A stretch of DNA of 64,000 bases from Octopus sinensis (lineage: Eukaryota): positions 157,294,001 through 157,358,000 of the forward strand of contig NC_042999.1 in NCBI RefSeq assembly GCF_006345805.1. The letters run 5' to 3'. The number at the start of each line of letters is the position of its first letter. The first letter of the stretch is position 1. The notes under the pieces were generated by a model. That model was not told where the DNA came from and searched no databases. It worked only from the letters and a program-made list of their open reading frames with translations. Below, in pieces: positions 1 through 11,500 of this stretch. A program made the position numbers and the translations under genes.

Positions 1-325
1 AATGTGTATGTGTGTGCGTGCGCGCGCGTATGTGTATGTGTGTGTGTGTGTGTGTGTGTGCGTGTGTGTGTGTGTGTGTGTGTTGTTTTGCGAGGTGCTT
101 CGCGGTCGGTGCGTCGTTTTCGCTGAAAGAAGTATGTTTTTGCCAGTTGAATGTCAGACTGCAAATGCAAATTTCAACACTAGACTACATTTGTTTGTTT
201 CCTTACTGATTTACGGATGTAGCTTGGTAGAGACTGTGTATTTCAAACCTAACTGGTTTCTTCAAGGCAGAATTTAACAGTTCGGATTCTCCGAAAATAC
301 AACAAAGGTATTTTATTGATATATA

Positions 326-924
326 TGTAGTGATCCTATAACGGTGCGCGCGCGCGCACCGTCCATTTTCTATTTCGCGCGTGCGAGTGTTGGTGCCTTC
401 ACCAAGGCACAGAAAGGAAGGGCCCTCTCGCGCATGCGCGAACCACCGGAAGCACGACCCTTTTGCCTACGTGGTAGTTAGCCAAGGCAAGGGGGGTCGT
501 AGAACGTTTGACCACTAGCAGCAGTCAGCGGGGACTTGGGACCGCAGCGACCGAAGGCGACGGACGTGTATTTTCTCGCTGTCCAGCTTTGATAGCAGTC
601 GGCCGAAAGCTTTTAACCAAATAGTTGCCGACCACATTCATCTTCCCTGTTCCGGACGCCATCTTTAACCCGTTCTGTTTTTAGCGGCTGAACATTGTAA
701 ATATTACAATCGATTAACTTTCAGCCTTGCGTGCCCAGAACCAAGGACATCAGATAACCACTTATTGTTACTGTTACCACATTAGAGAATAAAGTAGTAT
801 ATATATCTTTTACGTCTGCGTCTTGTTGTTTCTGACTGGTAGAATTCTGGATTATTAAAGCAACGGCTAGTGATTGCTTTGTGCACCCCAAAAGTGCACG
901 AGGATATTCACTAAGTTCGTTACA
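326..924 (+). mobile_element. Probable solo LTR (Ty3/gypsy-like) in an astacin intron
   Basis: Begins TGTAGTGATC and ends GTTCGTTACA (TGTA...TACA inverted termini), flanked by TATA on both sides. Interior is CpG-rich, with AATAAA at about 788 followed by a GT-rich tract. Confidence 0.55.
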
Positions 925-1049
925 TATATATAGTTCAACCGCCGGTTCTCATTGTTCATTTCTCGTTTCCAATTGTAGAAAGTTGCATGTTTTGTTGATG
1001 AGAAGTTGGTTATTTTCGAGTCGGGTTTACCAAGTATAATGATGGTATG

Positions 1050-2568
1050 TAATATATTTTTTATTACCCCCAAGGGGCTAAACATAGAGGGGACAAACAA
1101 GGACAGACATAGGTATTAAGTCGATTACATCGACCCCAGTGAGTAACTGGTACTTAATTTATTGACCCCGAAAGGATGAAAGGCAAAGTCGACCTCGGCG
1201 GAATTTGAACTCACAACATAACGGCAAACGAAATACGGCTACGCATTTCGGCCGGCGTGCTAACGTTTCTGCCAGCTCGCCGCCCTACCACGAAGCATGC
1301 GTTAATTATGAAGTCTAGTGACTGGTGAAACAAGGGGATGGAGTAAGAGAGTCGATCTCTCTAGGCTGCCACGCAGACAGGGAGAAAGTTGTATTGTTGC
1401 ACAATGACAATCCATAGGTGAAGAAGGAGAAATAGATATTCTTCGGTTTGGCACCAAGTGACCAGAGAGGTAGCACCGATTTAGGATTCCGTATTTATAA
1501 TTTTTCTATCTAAATTTGGTCAGAATAGACAAAGAATTGTCCATCATTAACTTTTTTTGATATTTCTCCCTGTCATTTCTAATTAAACATAGAGTGAATT
1601 AAACATAGAGGAGACAAACAAGGATAGACAAAGGGATTAAGTCGATTACATCGACCCCAGTGCGTAACTGGTACTTAATTTATCGACCCCAAAAGATGAA
1701 AGGCAAAGTCGACCTCGGAGAAAGTTGTATTGTTGCACAATGACAATCCATAGGTGAAGAAGGAGAAATAGATATTCTTCGGTTTGGCACCAAGTGACCA
1801 GAGAGGTAGCACCGATTTAGGATTCCGTATTTATAATTTTTCTATCTAAATTTGGTCAGAATAGACAAAGAATTGTCCATCATTAACTTTTTTTGATATT
1901 TCTCCCTGTCATTTCTAATTAAACATAGAGTGAATTAAACATAGAGGAGACAAACAAGGATAGACAAAGGGATTAAGTCGATTACATCGACCCCAGTGCG
2001 TAACTGGTACTTAATTTATCGACCCCAAAAGATGAAAGGCAAAGTCGACCTCGGCGGAATTTGAAGTCAGAACGCTGCGACGGGTGAAATACCTATTTCT
2101 TTATTACCCACAAGGGGCTAAACACAGAGACGACAAACAAGGACAGACACACGGATTAAGTCAATTACATCAACCCCAGTGCATAACTGGTACTTAATTT
2201 ATCGACCCCGAAAGAATGAAAGGCAAAGTCGACCGCGGCGCAATTTGAACTCAGAACATAGCGGCAGACGAAATACCGATAAGAATTTCGCCTGGCGCGT
2301 TAACGTTTCTGCCAGCGCACACCATGTTTCCCAGTACCTATTTCTTTATTACCCACAAGGGGCTAAACATAGAGGGGACAAACAAGGACAGACATAGGTA
2401 TTAAGTCGATTACATCGACCCCAGTGCATAACTGGTACTTAATTTATCGACCCCGAAAGGATGAAAGGCAAAGTCGACATCGGTGGAATTTGAACTCACA
2501 ACGTAACGACAGACGAAATACGGCTACGCATTTCGCCCGGCGTGCTAACGTTTCTGCCAGCTCGCCGC
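1050..2568 (-). mobile_element. Cluster of about 5 full or partial tRNA-derived SINEs (family S1, head GGCGAGCTGGCAGAA), head-to-tail
   Basis: Repeated copies at about 1050-1285, 1585-1716, 1921-2090, 2091-2325 and 2336-2568. They share the core GCCTTTCATCCTTTCGGGGTCGATAAATTAAGTACC (resembles the Meta/MESC SINE domain; assignment from memory). Confidence 0.85.
1381..2052. repeat. Direct tandem duplication, 2 x 336 bp
   Basis: 1381-1716 and 1717-2052 look identical by eye. Both start GGAGAAAGTTGTATTG and end GTCGACCTC. Confidence 0.9.
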
Positions 2569-2655
2569 CCTACCACGAAGCATGCGTTAATTATGAAGTC
2601 TAGTGACAGAGGTCTGTGAGGTTTACTATTAGCAATAATCATTTACCCTACTTAC

Positions 2656-2831
2656 CTTTAATAATATTACTCCCGACAACTGTGATAAATTGGTCCCGGT
2701 CAGGTCGGCTCTGCTCATGAAAAAAACCCAAGGCATGTAACAGTTCATGCATAGCAATTCCTTTACGCACACATCCGTGACCGAGGGTTACTGTCTGTAG
2801 ACGATTTCTGAATCCAATAGAACTGTGACAG
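2656..2831 (-). CDS. Astacin-family metalloprotease, catalytic exon
   Basis: tttatttag acceptor and gtaagt donor, 176 bp, phase 2 to 1. Translates (G)CHSSIGFRNRLQTVTLGHGCVRKGIAMHELLHALGFFHEQSRPDRDQFITVVGSNIIK, containing the astacin signature HExxHxxGxxHEQxRxDRD. Confidence 0.97.
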
Positions 2832-3127
2832 CTAAATAAATTAAATGCAGATCATTTAGTTTTCATTATTTATATCAAGAGATATGTTCTTTTTGTTTTT
2901 GCTTCTTGTGCTTTTTGCTAGTTTTTATTAGTTTTTTATTTACAATGTACATATTTTTCAAATGCATAGAAATGGATTTTAGGAATTAGGGGTACACTAA
3001 GGACCGAGAGATTGAGGTTGTGAAGGCAGGACTGGACACAATAAACCACTTGTGTTTCGGTTGATATATTGCTGGACTCTGTACTCCTGCACAACTTTAC
3101 ACCTTCGTATACATAATGTATGTGCGA

Positions 3128-3176
<49 letters not shown>

Positions 3177-3194
3177 TGCACGCACGTGCGTATC

Positions 3195-3605
3195 TCTTTT
3201 ACTCTTTTACTTGTTTCAGTCATATGACTGCGGCCATGCTGCAGCACCGCCTTTAATCGAGCAACTCGACCCCGGGACTTATTCTTTTGTAAGCCCAGTA
3301 CTTATTCTATCGGTCTCTTTTGCCGAACCGCTAAGTAACGGGGACATAAACACACCAGCATCGGTTGTCAAGCAATGCGAGGGGGACAGACACAGACACA
3401 CAAACACACACATGCATATAGATATATATATATACATATATAAGACGGGCTTCTTTTCAGTTTCCGTCTACCAAATCCACTCACAAGGCTTTGGTCAGTC
3501 CGAGACTATAGTAGAAGACACTTGCCCAAGGTGCCACGCAGTGGGACTGAACCTGGAACCATGTGGTTGGTAGACAAGCTACTTACCACACAGCTACTCC
3601 TGCGC
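3195..3605 (-). mobile_element. SINE family S2 (head AGGAGTGGCTGTGTGGTAAG, CORE-like GGCACCTTGGGCAAGTGTC, internal microsatellite)
   Basis: Full-length copy of a family that recurs at least 11 times in the window. Confidence 0.85.
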
Positions 3606-4046
3606 CGTATATGTGCAAAGAATATATAAGTACAAATGTTTCTTTATCTGTGACAACATTGACAATAATACTGTAATTTTCAGCAGGTCTAGGTTTCGAA
3701 TAGCCGTGGTAGTATCAAGTTCTATGTTTTCTACCTTTATGAACTTCCCTGCTTTGAAAGTAGCCTTTGCACATTTATCATATCCGAATTTCATATCTAT
3801 ATCAGAGCTGAATTCTTTGACAATATTCAGGAGCTCTTCTAATTCTTTGTCGTTTTAGATCACCCATATAGAGCAGATGATTAATTTTCTGGTCAAAGAT
3901 CTTATACCCTCTCTTAACATTATTCAGTTGTGTGGATAAAGGGAACAGAGCGAGGCAGAATAGTAATGGTGACAGTGAGAGGGCTGAACTTGGCTTTGGA
4001 AAGGGCCAACTCGTCTTGTTCTGTTTTAATTACAAATAGAAAAAAT

Positions 4047-4079
<33 letters not shown>

Positions 4080-4080
4080 G

Positions 4081-4368
4081 CTAGCACTATGACCCGGCAA
4101 CGCCGGGTCATAGTGCTAATGCATGCATATACAGCTGCGTGCGTGCGCACATGCACGCGAGTACTGTCCAAATCGCCGACCAATCACATACAGCTAACTG
4201 GCATTCAATTGGCGTATCAAGTTTCGGGCATTTTCATTGGGTTTTCGATAGAAAATTCACAAAAAAGTCACTTCTATTGATTTTTTAATGGCTTTGTGGG
4301 GTGACTGGGGAAATGTAAAGATGTGCACGACCACCCTTGAACGATTTTGCCGTTTATATACATAGAGA
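4081..4368 (-). mobile_element. Non-autonomous Helitron-like element (family H2)
   Basis: On the minus strand it ends in a GC hairpin (ATGACCCGGC...GCCGGGTCAT) plus CTAG. A homologous copy lies at 43023-43387. Confidence 0.6.
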
Positions 4369-4426
4369 CATACATACATACATACATACATACATACATA
4401 CATACATACATACATACATACATAAT

Positions 4427-4531
<105 letters not shown>

Positions 4532-5030
4532 ATTAATAATATCAAAGGGTAATCAGAAATATTAGAAATTTCCATTACCAGTGGCCTAGCGTGTAAAGAT
4601 TTAGTCAAAAGACTATATATTATTCATATAAATACAGTGTACATTTAAATATTTTAAGAGGTATCCATCGTAGAACTCCTTGCATGCTAAAGAGAACAGT
4701 TAAATTCCAAACCACTCTTAGGGAATGAAAAATAAAAACATTTACCATCTGACTCCTGGACCAATGGTTTCAGACTTTTTTAGCAAATAAAATAATTTGC
4801 TAGGCGCAGTCTTCTTCAGCAGGTACACCTTAGATTAAATATATATACATGAGGCAATCCGGTATATGCCCCGTGCTTATACATTCTAATTTTTCAAATT
4901 TACCACGCAAGCACAGCTCCTTGTTGGCAGTAAATTAAAATGCCAGCTTTTTAATTTGAAAATTATCCAGAAAAAATTATCAATAATTGATAATATCAAA
5001 GGGTAATCAGAAATAGAAATTTCCATTACC

Positions 5031-5388
5031 AGACACTTGCTCATTCCTCGGGTTGACCCTCCAGTTCGTAGCCAGAGCTTGGTCCTACGCTGCCAGTATA
5101 GTGCTCTCGGTCTCTTTTTAAGGTTCCTTTCATCAGCCAACTCCACCTATTTTTTCCAGCAACTTCTGTTGTCGTTACACGAATTGATTTTGTAGTCCCT
5201 TCGTCATGTCCTTTTTCTACTTCTTATCAGTCACCTTTCTTCATTTGCTCTCTTCATGTATAGGCGATCAGTGTCTGCACGTGAATGACGGTCTCCATGC
5301 TTCGTTAGGAGCTTTCTTGACTTCCTGTCCATCTCCTTTAGGTCCTCCTCTGTCGTCCATGAATAGCGAGTGGTTTACTTTTCCCATA

Positions 5389-5390
<2 letters not shown>
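5031..5390 (-). mobile_element. R4/Dong-like non-LTR retrotransposon fragment (RT C-terminal region)
   Basis: Minus-strand EVAGKNRWSWLMKGTLKKETESTILAA.DQAL motif typical of R4-clade ORFs. Abuts a (TAA)n tract. Confidence 0.65.
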
Positions 5391-5421
<31 letters not shown>

Positions 5422-5510
5422 TAGTTTTATTTTTATAGCGTGCTTTCACATTATTATTATTATTATTAATATTATTATTATTATTACTACTACTATTATT
5501 ATTATTATTA

Positions 5511-5577
<67 letters not shown>

Positions 5578-5600
5578 CATTATTATTATTATCATCATCA

Positions 5601-5659
<59 letters not shown>

Positions 5660-5660
5660 G
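5390..5660. repeat. (ATT)n/(TAA)n microsatellite
   Basis: About 270 bp of near-pure trinucleotide repeat. Confidence 0.95.
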
Positions 5661-6150
5661 AGTGAGAGAGCAGTTCATGCCATCAAAGTGACACTGGGGT
5701 AAAATATACAAAGCCCAATATACCCATCATGACTACCCGTCTGATAAGGGTACACCAGGCACATGCATCACAACCATATGTGCGCGACATGGTGATCGCA
5801 TATCAAGATAAACAGCACATGACCTTGCAGGTGGGGCCCAGTTAGAATTTTCTTCAGGTTGGGTAGCCCATCCCGCTCAAAAGGTCCCTGATTAAGGGTT
5901 GTTTGAGGATGTTGAAAGAACCACTCATGTTTCCAGAGGTGAACTATTCAAACCCCAAACAATCCCTCTCAACACATGGCTATGATGCTCCCCCACTACT
6001 TCTGCTCGTGATCAGAGATGCACATATCGTCAGCCACTAAGGGACATACTCAACTGGTTAAGGTCAAACAACTGACAAGCAAATCTGTGGTATTGAGCAG
6101 AATATTTGCTGTAGCCCAACTTTTATACCAAGACAAAACAATGTACATGA
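5659..6150 (-). mobile_element. About 500-bp 3' segment of a (TAA)n-tailed retroelement
   Basis: Homologous copies at 37646-38197 (-) and 38355-38703 (+). All end CTGCTCTCTCAC(T/G)C followed by (AAT)n. Confidence 0.75.
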
Positions 6151-6154
6151 TAGC

Positions 6155-6200
<46 letters not shown>

Positions 6201-6684
6201 GTCATCATCATCACCATCATCATCAAGGCAGTGAGCTAGCAGAATTGTTAGCAGCCGGGAAAAATTCTTAGCGCCATTTCGTCTTTATGTTCAGAGTTCA
6301 AATTCCGCCGAGGTTGACTTCGCTTTTCATCCTTTCGGGGTCGATAAAATAAGGACCAGTTGAACACTGGAGTCGATGTATATATTGTATGATGTATATA
6401 ATTATATCTTGTCTTTTTGTGCACAGTTTAAATTTTATTTGCTATCTTGTTTAGAATTTATCAAAAGTTAAGTGAACGGTCAAATGTAACATTTAGTGAT
6501 GAGCTAGCTGAGCGGATAGAGTATTGGACAGTAGGTTAATAAAGTTTATTCTGATTTCATTCAAGTTTTCATCTTTATGTTAGCCTACCCAGAAACCTAT
6601 TACTGTGCAAACACCAATCACCTTGCACCACACAAGCGTATGTACCTGAAACAACAAACTTAGATCGCTTCTGACAGTACTTAC

Positions 6685-6811
6685 CCCTGTCCTGTTATTA
6701 TTTTAACATAATAATGATGAGTAGATGTTCTAGGTACAAATTTGATGCAGCTTCCTGTTACCATTTCTATTTCTTTCATGGCTGCTCTGAACAAGGTCTT
6801 ATCGTAAGTGT
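6685..6811 (-). CDS. Astacin-family metalloprotease exon
   Basis: gatgcag acceptor and gtaagt donor, 127 bp, phase 1 to 2. Translates (N)TYDKTLFRAAMKEIEMVTGSCIKFVPRTSTHHYYVKIITGQ(G), matching the astacin AMxxxE...CIxFVPR pattern and in phase with both neighbouring exons. Confidence 0.95.
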
Positions 6812-6934
6812 CTGCATCAGAATAGACAGTTACAATTAGTAATGTGGTCACAAAAGTATGTAGCTTTTAGATAAATAAAAGTTTCTTAACTTAGAAATAA
6901 ATTGACTGGCTATACGAATGCTCTAACACATGCG

Positions 6935-7160
6935 GAGAGCTGGCAGAAACGTTAGCACGCCGGGAGAAATGCGTAGCTGTATTTCATCTGCCGTTATGTT
7001 CTGAGTTCAAATTCCGCCGAGGTTGACTTTGCCTTTCATCCTTTCGGGGTCAATTAAATTAAGTACCAGTTACGCACTGGGTCGATATAATCGACTTAAT
7101 CCATTTGTCTGTCCTTGTTTGTCCCCTCTGTGTTTAGCCCCTTGTGGGTAGTAAAGAAAT
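6935..7160 (+). mobile_element. SINE family S1, full copy
   Basis: GAGCTGGCAGAAACGTTAGC...GGGTAGTAAAGAAATAG. Confidence 0.85.
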
Positions 7161-7509
7161 AGAATGCTCTAACACATGCATATTTACCATCCCATGTACT
7201 TCATCAATACAATTATTCCCTCACAGGCGCACTCGATCTCATCTTCTCATATACACCCTTTCAAACCGCTCACCTAACTACACAAACATATACCAACATC
7301 CCATAGCCCCACTGACAGAGTACACACAGATATACTCTTATAATATAGGCGTAGGAGTGGCTGTGTGGTAAGTAGCTTGCTTACCAACCACATGGTCTGG
7401 GTTCAGTCACACGTGTGGATGGTCTATTGGAACAAATTTTGCATGAGAGAAACTCTCACATTGGCTGTTTGGAGCAAAACGCTCTCTTGTTTATAACGCT
7501 AGTGCGATG

Positions 7510-8210
7510 GTCTCAGCGCTGGAGGTCGCGAATATTTATTTCTTCGCATGTACAAGAGCACATTTTGCACCAAAAAGTCAATGTATGAGTTTCTTATTTC
7601 TTTATGGCCCACAAGGGGCTAAACATAGAGGGGACAAACAAGGACAGACAAACGGATTAAGTCGATTACGTCGACACCAGTGCGTAACTGGTACTTAATT
7701 TATCGACCCCGAAAGGATGAAAGGCAAAGTCGACCTCGGCGGAATTTGAACTCAGAACGTAGCGGCAGACGAAATACCTATTTCTTTACTACCCACAAGG
7801 GGTTAAACACAGAGGGAACAAAGAAGGATAGACAAACGGATTAAGTCGATTATATCGACCCCAGTGCGTAACTGGTACTTATTTAATCGACCCCGGCGAC
7901 GAGCTGGCAGAATCGTTAGCACGCCGGGCGAAATGCGTAGCCGTATTTCGTCCGTCTTTACGCTCTAAGATCAAATTCCGCCGAGGTCGACTTTGCCTTT
8001 CATCCTTTCGGGGTCGATAAATTAAGTACCAGTTACGCACTGGTGTCGATGTAATCGACTTAATCCGTTTGTCTGTCCTTGTTTGTCCCCTCTATGTTTA
8101 GCCCCTTGTGGGCAATAAAGAAATAAGAAACTCATACATTGACTTTTTGGTGCAAAATGTGCTCTTGTACATGCGAAGAATTAAATCCTCGCGACCTCCA
8201 GCGCTGAGAC
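7510..8210. repeat. Long inverted repeat (arms about 7510-7749 and 7971-8210) built from an S1 SINE plus flank, interrupting an S2 SINE
   Basis: The arms are reverse complements, including about 85 bp of non-S1 sequence. The S2 head lies at 7348-7410 and the S2 3' half resumes at 8211. Confidence 0.9.
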
Positions 8211-9634
8211 TGAAAGAAGCCCATCTTATCTAAAAGAAAAAAGCCCACCACATGTGTGTATGCGCGCGTGCCTTTATATCTGTGTTTGTCCCTCACCATT
8301 GCTTGACAACAAGTGTTGATGCGTTTACATGCCTGTAACTTAGCGATTTGGCATAAGTAATCGATAGAATAAGGACTAGACTTTAAAAATAGAATACTGG
8401 GGTTGCTTCGTTCGATTTCAAGGCTGTGCCCCAACATGGCTGCAATCTAAAAACTAAAACAAGTAAAAGATAAATGACGCTTTGCAGTTTCCCATTTCCG
8501 TGTGGCAGCGGTGTTTCTGGATTGCAAGGAGCTGCTTGCTCTGTGAAAAAAACTTCTGTGAACAGCGGCATGAAATGCTTCTGGGGCAACTTATTGAAGT
8601 TGATGCGTGGGTACCACTGTTGCTAGTCCGTTGAAACCTTTTGTGCTGCAGCCTAATCTTACAACATAATAAGGAGTGGTCTGTTTTGTGTCGTGACTTT
8701 GTCTAGAAGTAAGTGCTTGTAATGCACAGCATTTATTTCTTTTGCTGCTTGGTGTAGTCTTCCGATCGGCTGTTTGGATAGATCCTAATTTCTGTGCACC
8801 CAATGGAGAATTAGTTCGTGATGGAGTTAAGTGAACGGTCAAATGTAATATTTAGTGATGAACTAGCTGAGCGGAGAGATTATTGGACAGTAGGTTAATA
8901 AAGTTTATTCTGATTTCATCAATAATAATGATGGTTATATGATAGGATGCAAGACTAGGCGACGTTTTGGAGGACAAGTGATTTGCCCATGTGGCAAATA
9001 ATCTCCATATCACCAGCAAATCCAAAGGAAAGACGGAATCATTACGGTTTGGTACCAGTGCTAAAAGCAACAGCATGCAGGTAACATCAAAATAACTTAT
9101 GAGATCCGACCCCGGATTTATCCTCGGGGGGATCACAATTGCGAGCAATAGGAAGGTTGTTGATTCTCATAAGTTCGTCCGCTCTTCGACGGGTTTTGAA
9201 TTTCATAAAGCAGGAGATCCCAAAAAATTACCTTCGCACAAGAAAGGCTTGGTGGCATTCCGAGCTTGCAAGTCAATGGCCATGCAAACAAGATGCACTT
9301 GGTTACACATTATCACGAGTTGAAGGTGAACATCTTTCAAATACGGGTTTATTTTAATCTATTATTATTATTACTATTTATTACATTGCTCTACTGTCCT
9401 TCATACTGTACATATGATGCCAATTCTAAATGTCTCCGACAATTATACAGTGACTACACAAAGTAAATCGCATTTGAGCGATACAATACAGCAACAATAA
9501 TTATTTGAGAATTGCTAACCAAACTTATTAAGGATACTGGAAAAATCATAGAAATGTTACTGATTCTCATTTCTCATACAAGAATTCCTTTCGGAATGTG
9601 GTAATGGGAAATCATAATAGGAATTTATACTTAC

Positions 9635-9710
9635 TGAAATATGAAGAAATTTCGTATGGGACAATTCCATTGGGCCATAACCGTCTTCTATCTCCCACAG
9701 CATTTCTGTC
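9635..9710 (-). CDS. Astacin-family metalloprotease exon (activation site, start of mature domain)
   Basis: tttctcctacag acceptor and gtaagt donor, 76 bp, phase 0 to 1. Translates DRNAVGDRRRLWPNGIVPYEISSYF. Confidence 0.95.
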
Positions 9711-10266
9711 CTGTAGGAGAAACAGATAATTTACAGATAGATTGATCAAGCATGAAAACATGCATTCAAACACAACATTCATCTTGGCTCCCCTTGTGTG
9801 CCTGGTATGAGGCATTCGGACATGCATGTGTGCGTGTGTGGGAACGGGTTCCTGGAATCAACAGGCATTGTATGCAAACTAAGGACGAAATATCCGGAGA
9901 ATACAGACATTGCAATGAATATCGGAAATATATCTTGGTCAAACAAAAATAGTTACACAGAAACAGTATGAAACTAAGACTGAAAGAAATTAATTAAATA
10001 ATTACAGAAAATGGCTGCTTAAAATTGATCGTGACATACTAATGTGAACCAATATAGAAATTACTAATTCAATTAGGCTAGGTCGTTTTCGTGTAAAAAT
10101 TAGCAAAGTTAGTAAAAGTTAGCAAAGTCGTCTCGATGACTGCAGAGGCCTGACTCGATTCCTGTCGGTAGTTCTATAACATTTTTTCTATCTTTGATTT
10201 GAGGTTATAGAGTTTAATTTCATCTTGATCATCGAAAACATTAGCCATTTATTTTAAAATCTATTG

Positions 10267-10670
10267 TAGGCGCAGAAGTGGCTGTGTTGCTAACCAACCA
10301 CATGGTTCCGGGTTCAGTCCCACTGCATAGCATCTTGGGCAAGTGTCTTCTGCTATAGCCCCGGGCCGACCAAAGCCTTGTGAGTGGATTTGGTAGATGG
10401 AAACTGAAAGAAGCCCGTCGTATATATGTATATATATATATATGTATGTGTGTGTGTTTGTGTGTCTGTGTTTGTCCCCCTAGCATTGCTTGACAACCGA
10501 TGCTGGTGTGTTACGTCCCCGTCCGTTAGCGGTTCGGCAAAAAGAGACCGATAGAATAAGTACTGGGCTTACAAAAAGAATAAGTCCTGGGGTCGAGTTG
10601 CTCGATTAAAGGCGGTGCTCCAGCATGGCCGCAGTCAAATGACTGAAACAAGTAAAAGAGTAAAAGAGTA
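10267..10670 (+). mobile_element. SINE family S2
   Basis: Full-length copy ending GAAACAAGTAAAAGAGT. Confidence 0.85.
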
Positions 10671-10819
10671 TGCATTCCATCGTTTTACATATGTACCTAA
10701 TAGAACCAACCATTGACTAGCAAAATACTGCGTTAAATCAAATGTTCGGAAAGATTTTAATAACTTATTTGCTTCATTCGTCAAATTGCAACAAAAGCAG
10801 CAGCTTTAAATATTGATTT

Positions 10820-11015
10820 AAAGTAGAAACCATTGTGTTGTACCATCTGAAGCCACATTTCTGTCCGTTCTTTGACCCCATGCTGATGCCAGTTCTTGTC
10901 CTTTGAGACGAAGAACTTCTTCACTGAAGCTTTCACCTTCTCTTGGTTGATAAAATGTCACGGGCACAGCAAGTGACTCATGGATCCGATCAAATAAAAT
11001 ATTGCAAAACTTCTG
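10820..11015 (-). mobile_element. Mariner transposase C-terminal relic
   Basis: An alternative frame reads GSMSHLLCP*HFINQEKVKASVKKFFVSKDKNWHQHGVKERTEMWLQMVQHNGFYF, matching the mariner C-terminus. Confidence 0.75.
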
Positions 11016-11040
11016 ACTCAACACAATGGTATGTTACTTC

Positions 11041-11500
11041 GCAAGCTGGCAGAAACGTTAGCACGCCGGGCGAAATGCCTAGCCGCATTTCGTCTGCCGC
11101 TATGTTCTGCGTTCAAATTCCGCCGAGGTCGACTTTGCCTTTCATCCTTTCGGAGTCGATTAAATAAGTACATATTTCTTTATTACCCACAAGGGGCTAA
11201 ACACAGAGGGGACAAACAAGGACAGACATAGGTATTAAGTCGATTACATCGACCCCAGTGTGTAACTGGTACTTAATTTATCGACCCCGAAAGGATGAAA
11301 GGTAAAGTCGACCTCGGCGGAATTTGAACTCACAACGTAACGCAGACGAAATACCGCTAAGCATTTTGCCCGGCGTGCTAACGTTTCTGCCAGCTCGTAC
11401 CAGTTACGCACTGGGGTTGATATAATCGACTTAATCCGTTTGTCTGACCTTGTTTGTCCCCTCTGTGTTTAGCCCCTTGTGTGTAGTAAAGAAATAGGTC
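11041..11500. mobile_element. Nested S1 SINEs in alternating orientation
   Basis: + fragment 11041-11170, full - copy 11170-11398, + 3' part 11398-11500. Confidence 0.8.

Noticed and set aside
1381-1470. KVVLLHNDN...LAPSD as a mariner transposase piece
   Set aside because: Only two short motifs with wrong spacing and stops; too weak to call.
6600-6645. Apparent small exon just after the 6685-6811 exon
   Set aside because: It would need a 39-nt intron and gives an in-frame TGA. The 2656-2831 exon supplies the correct continuation.
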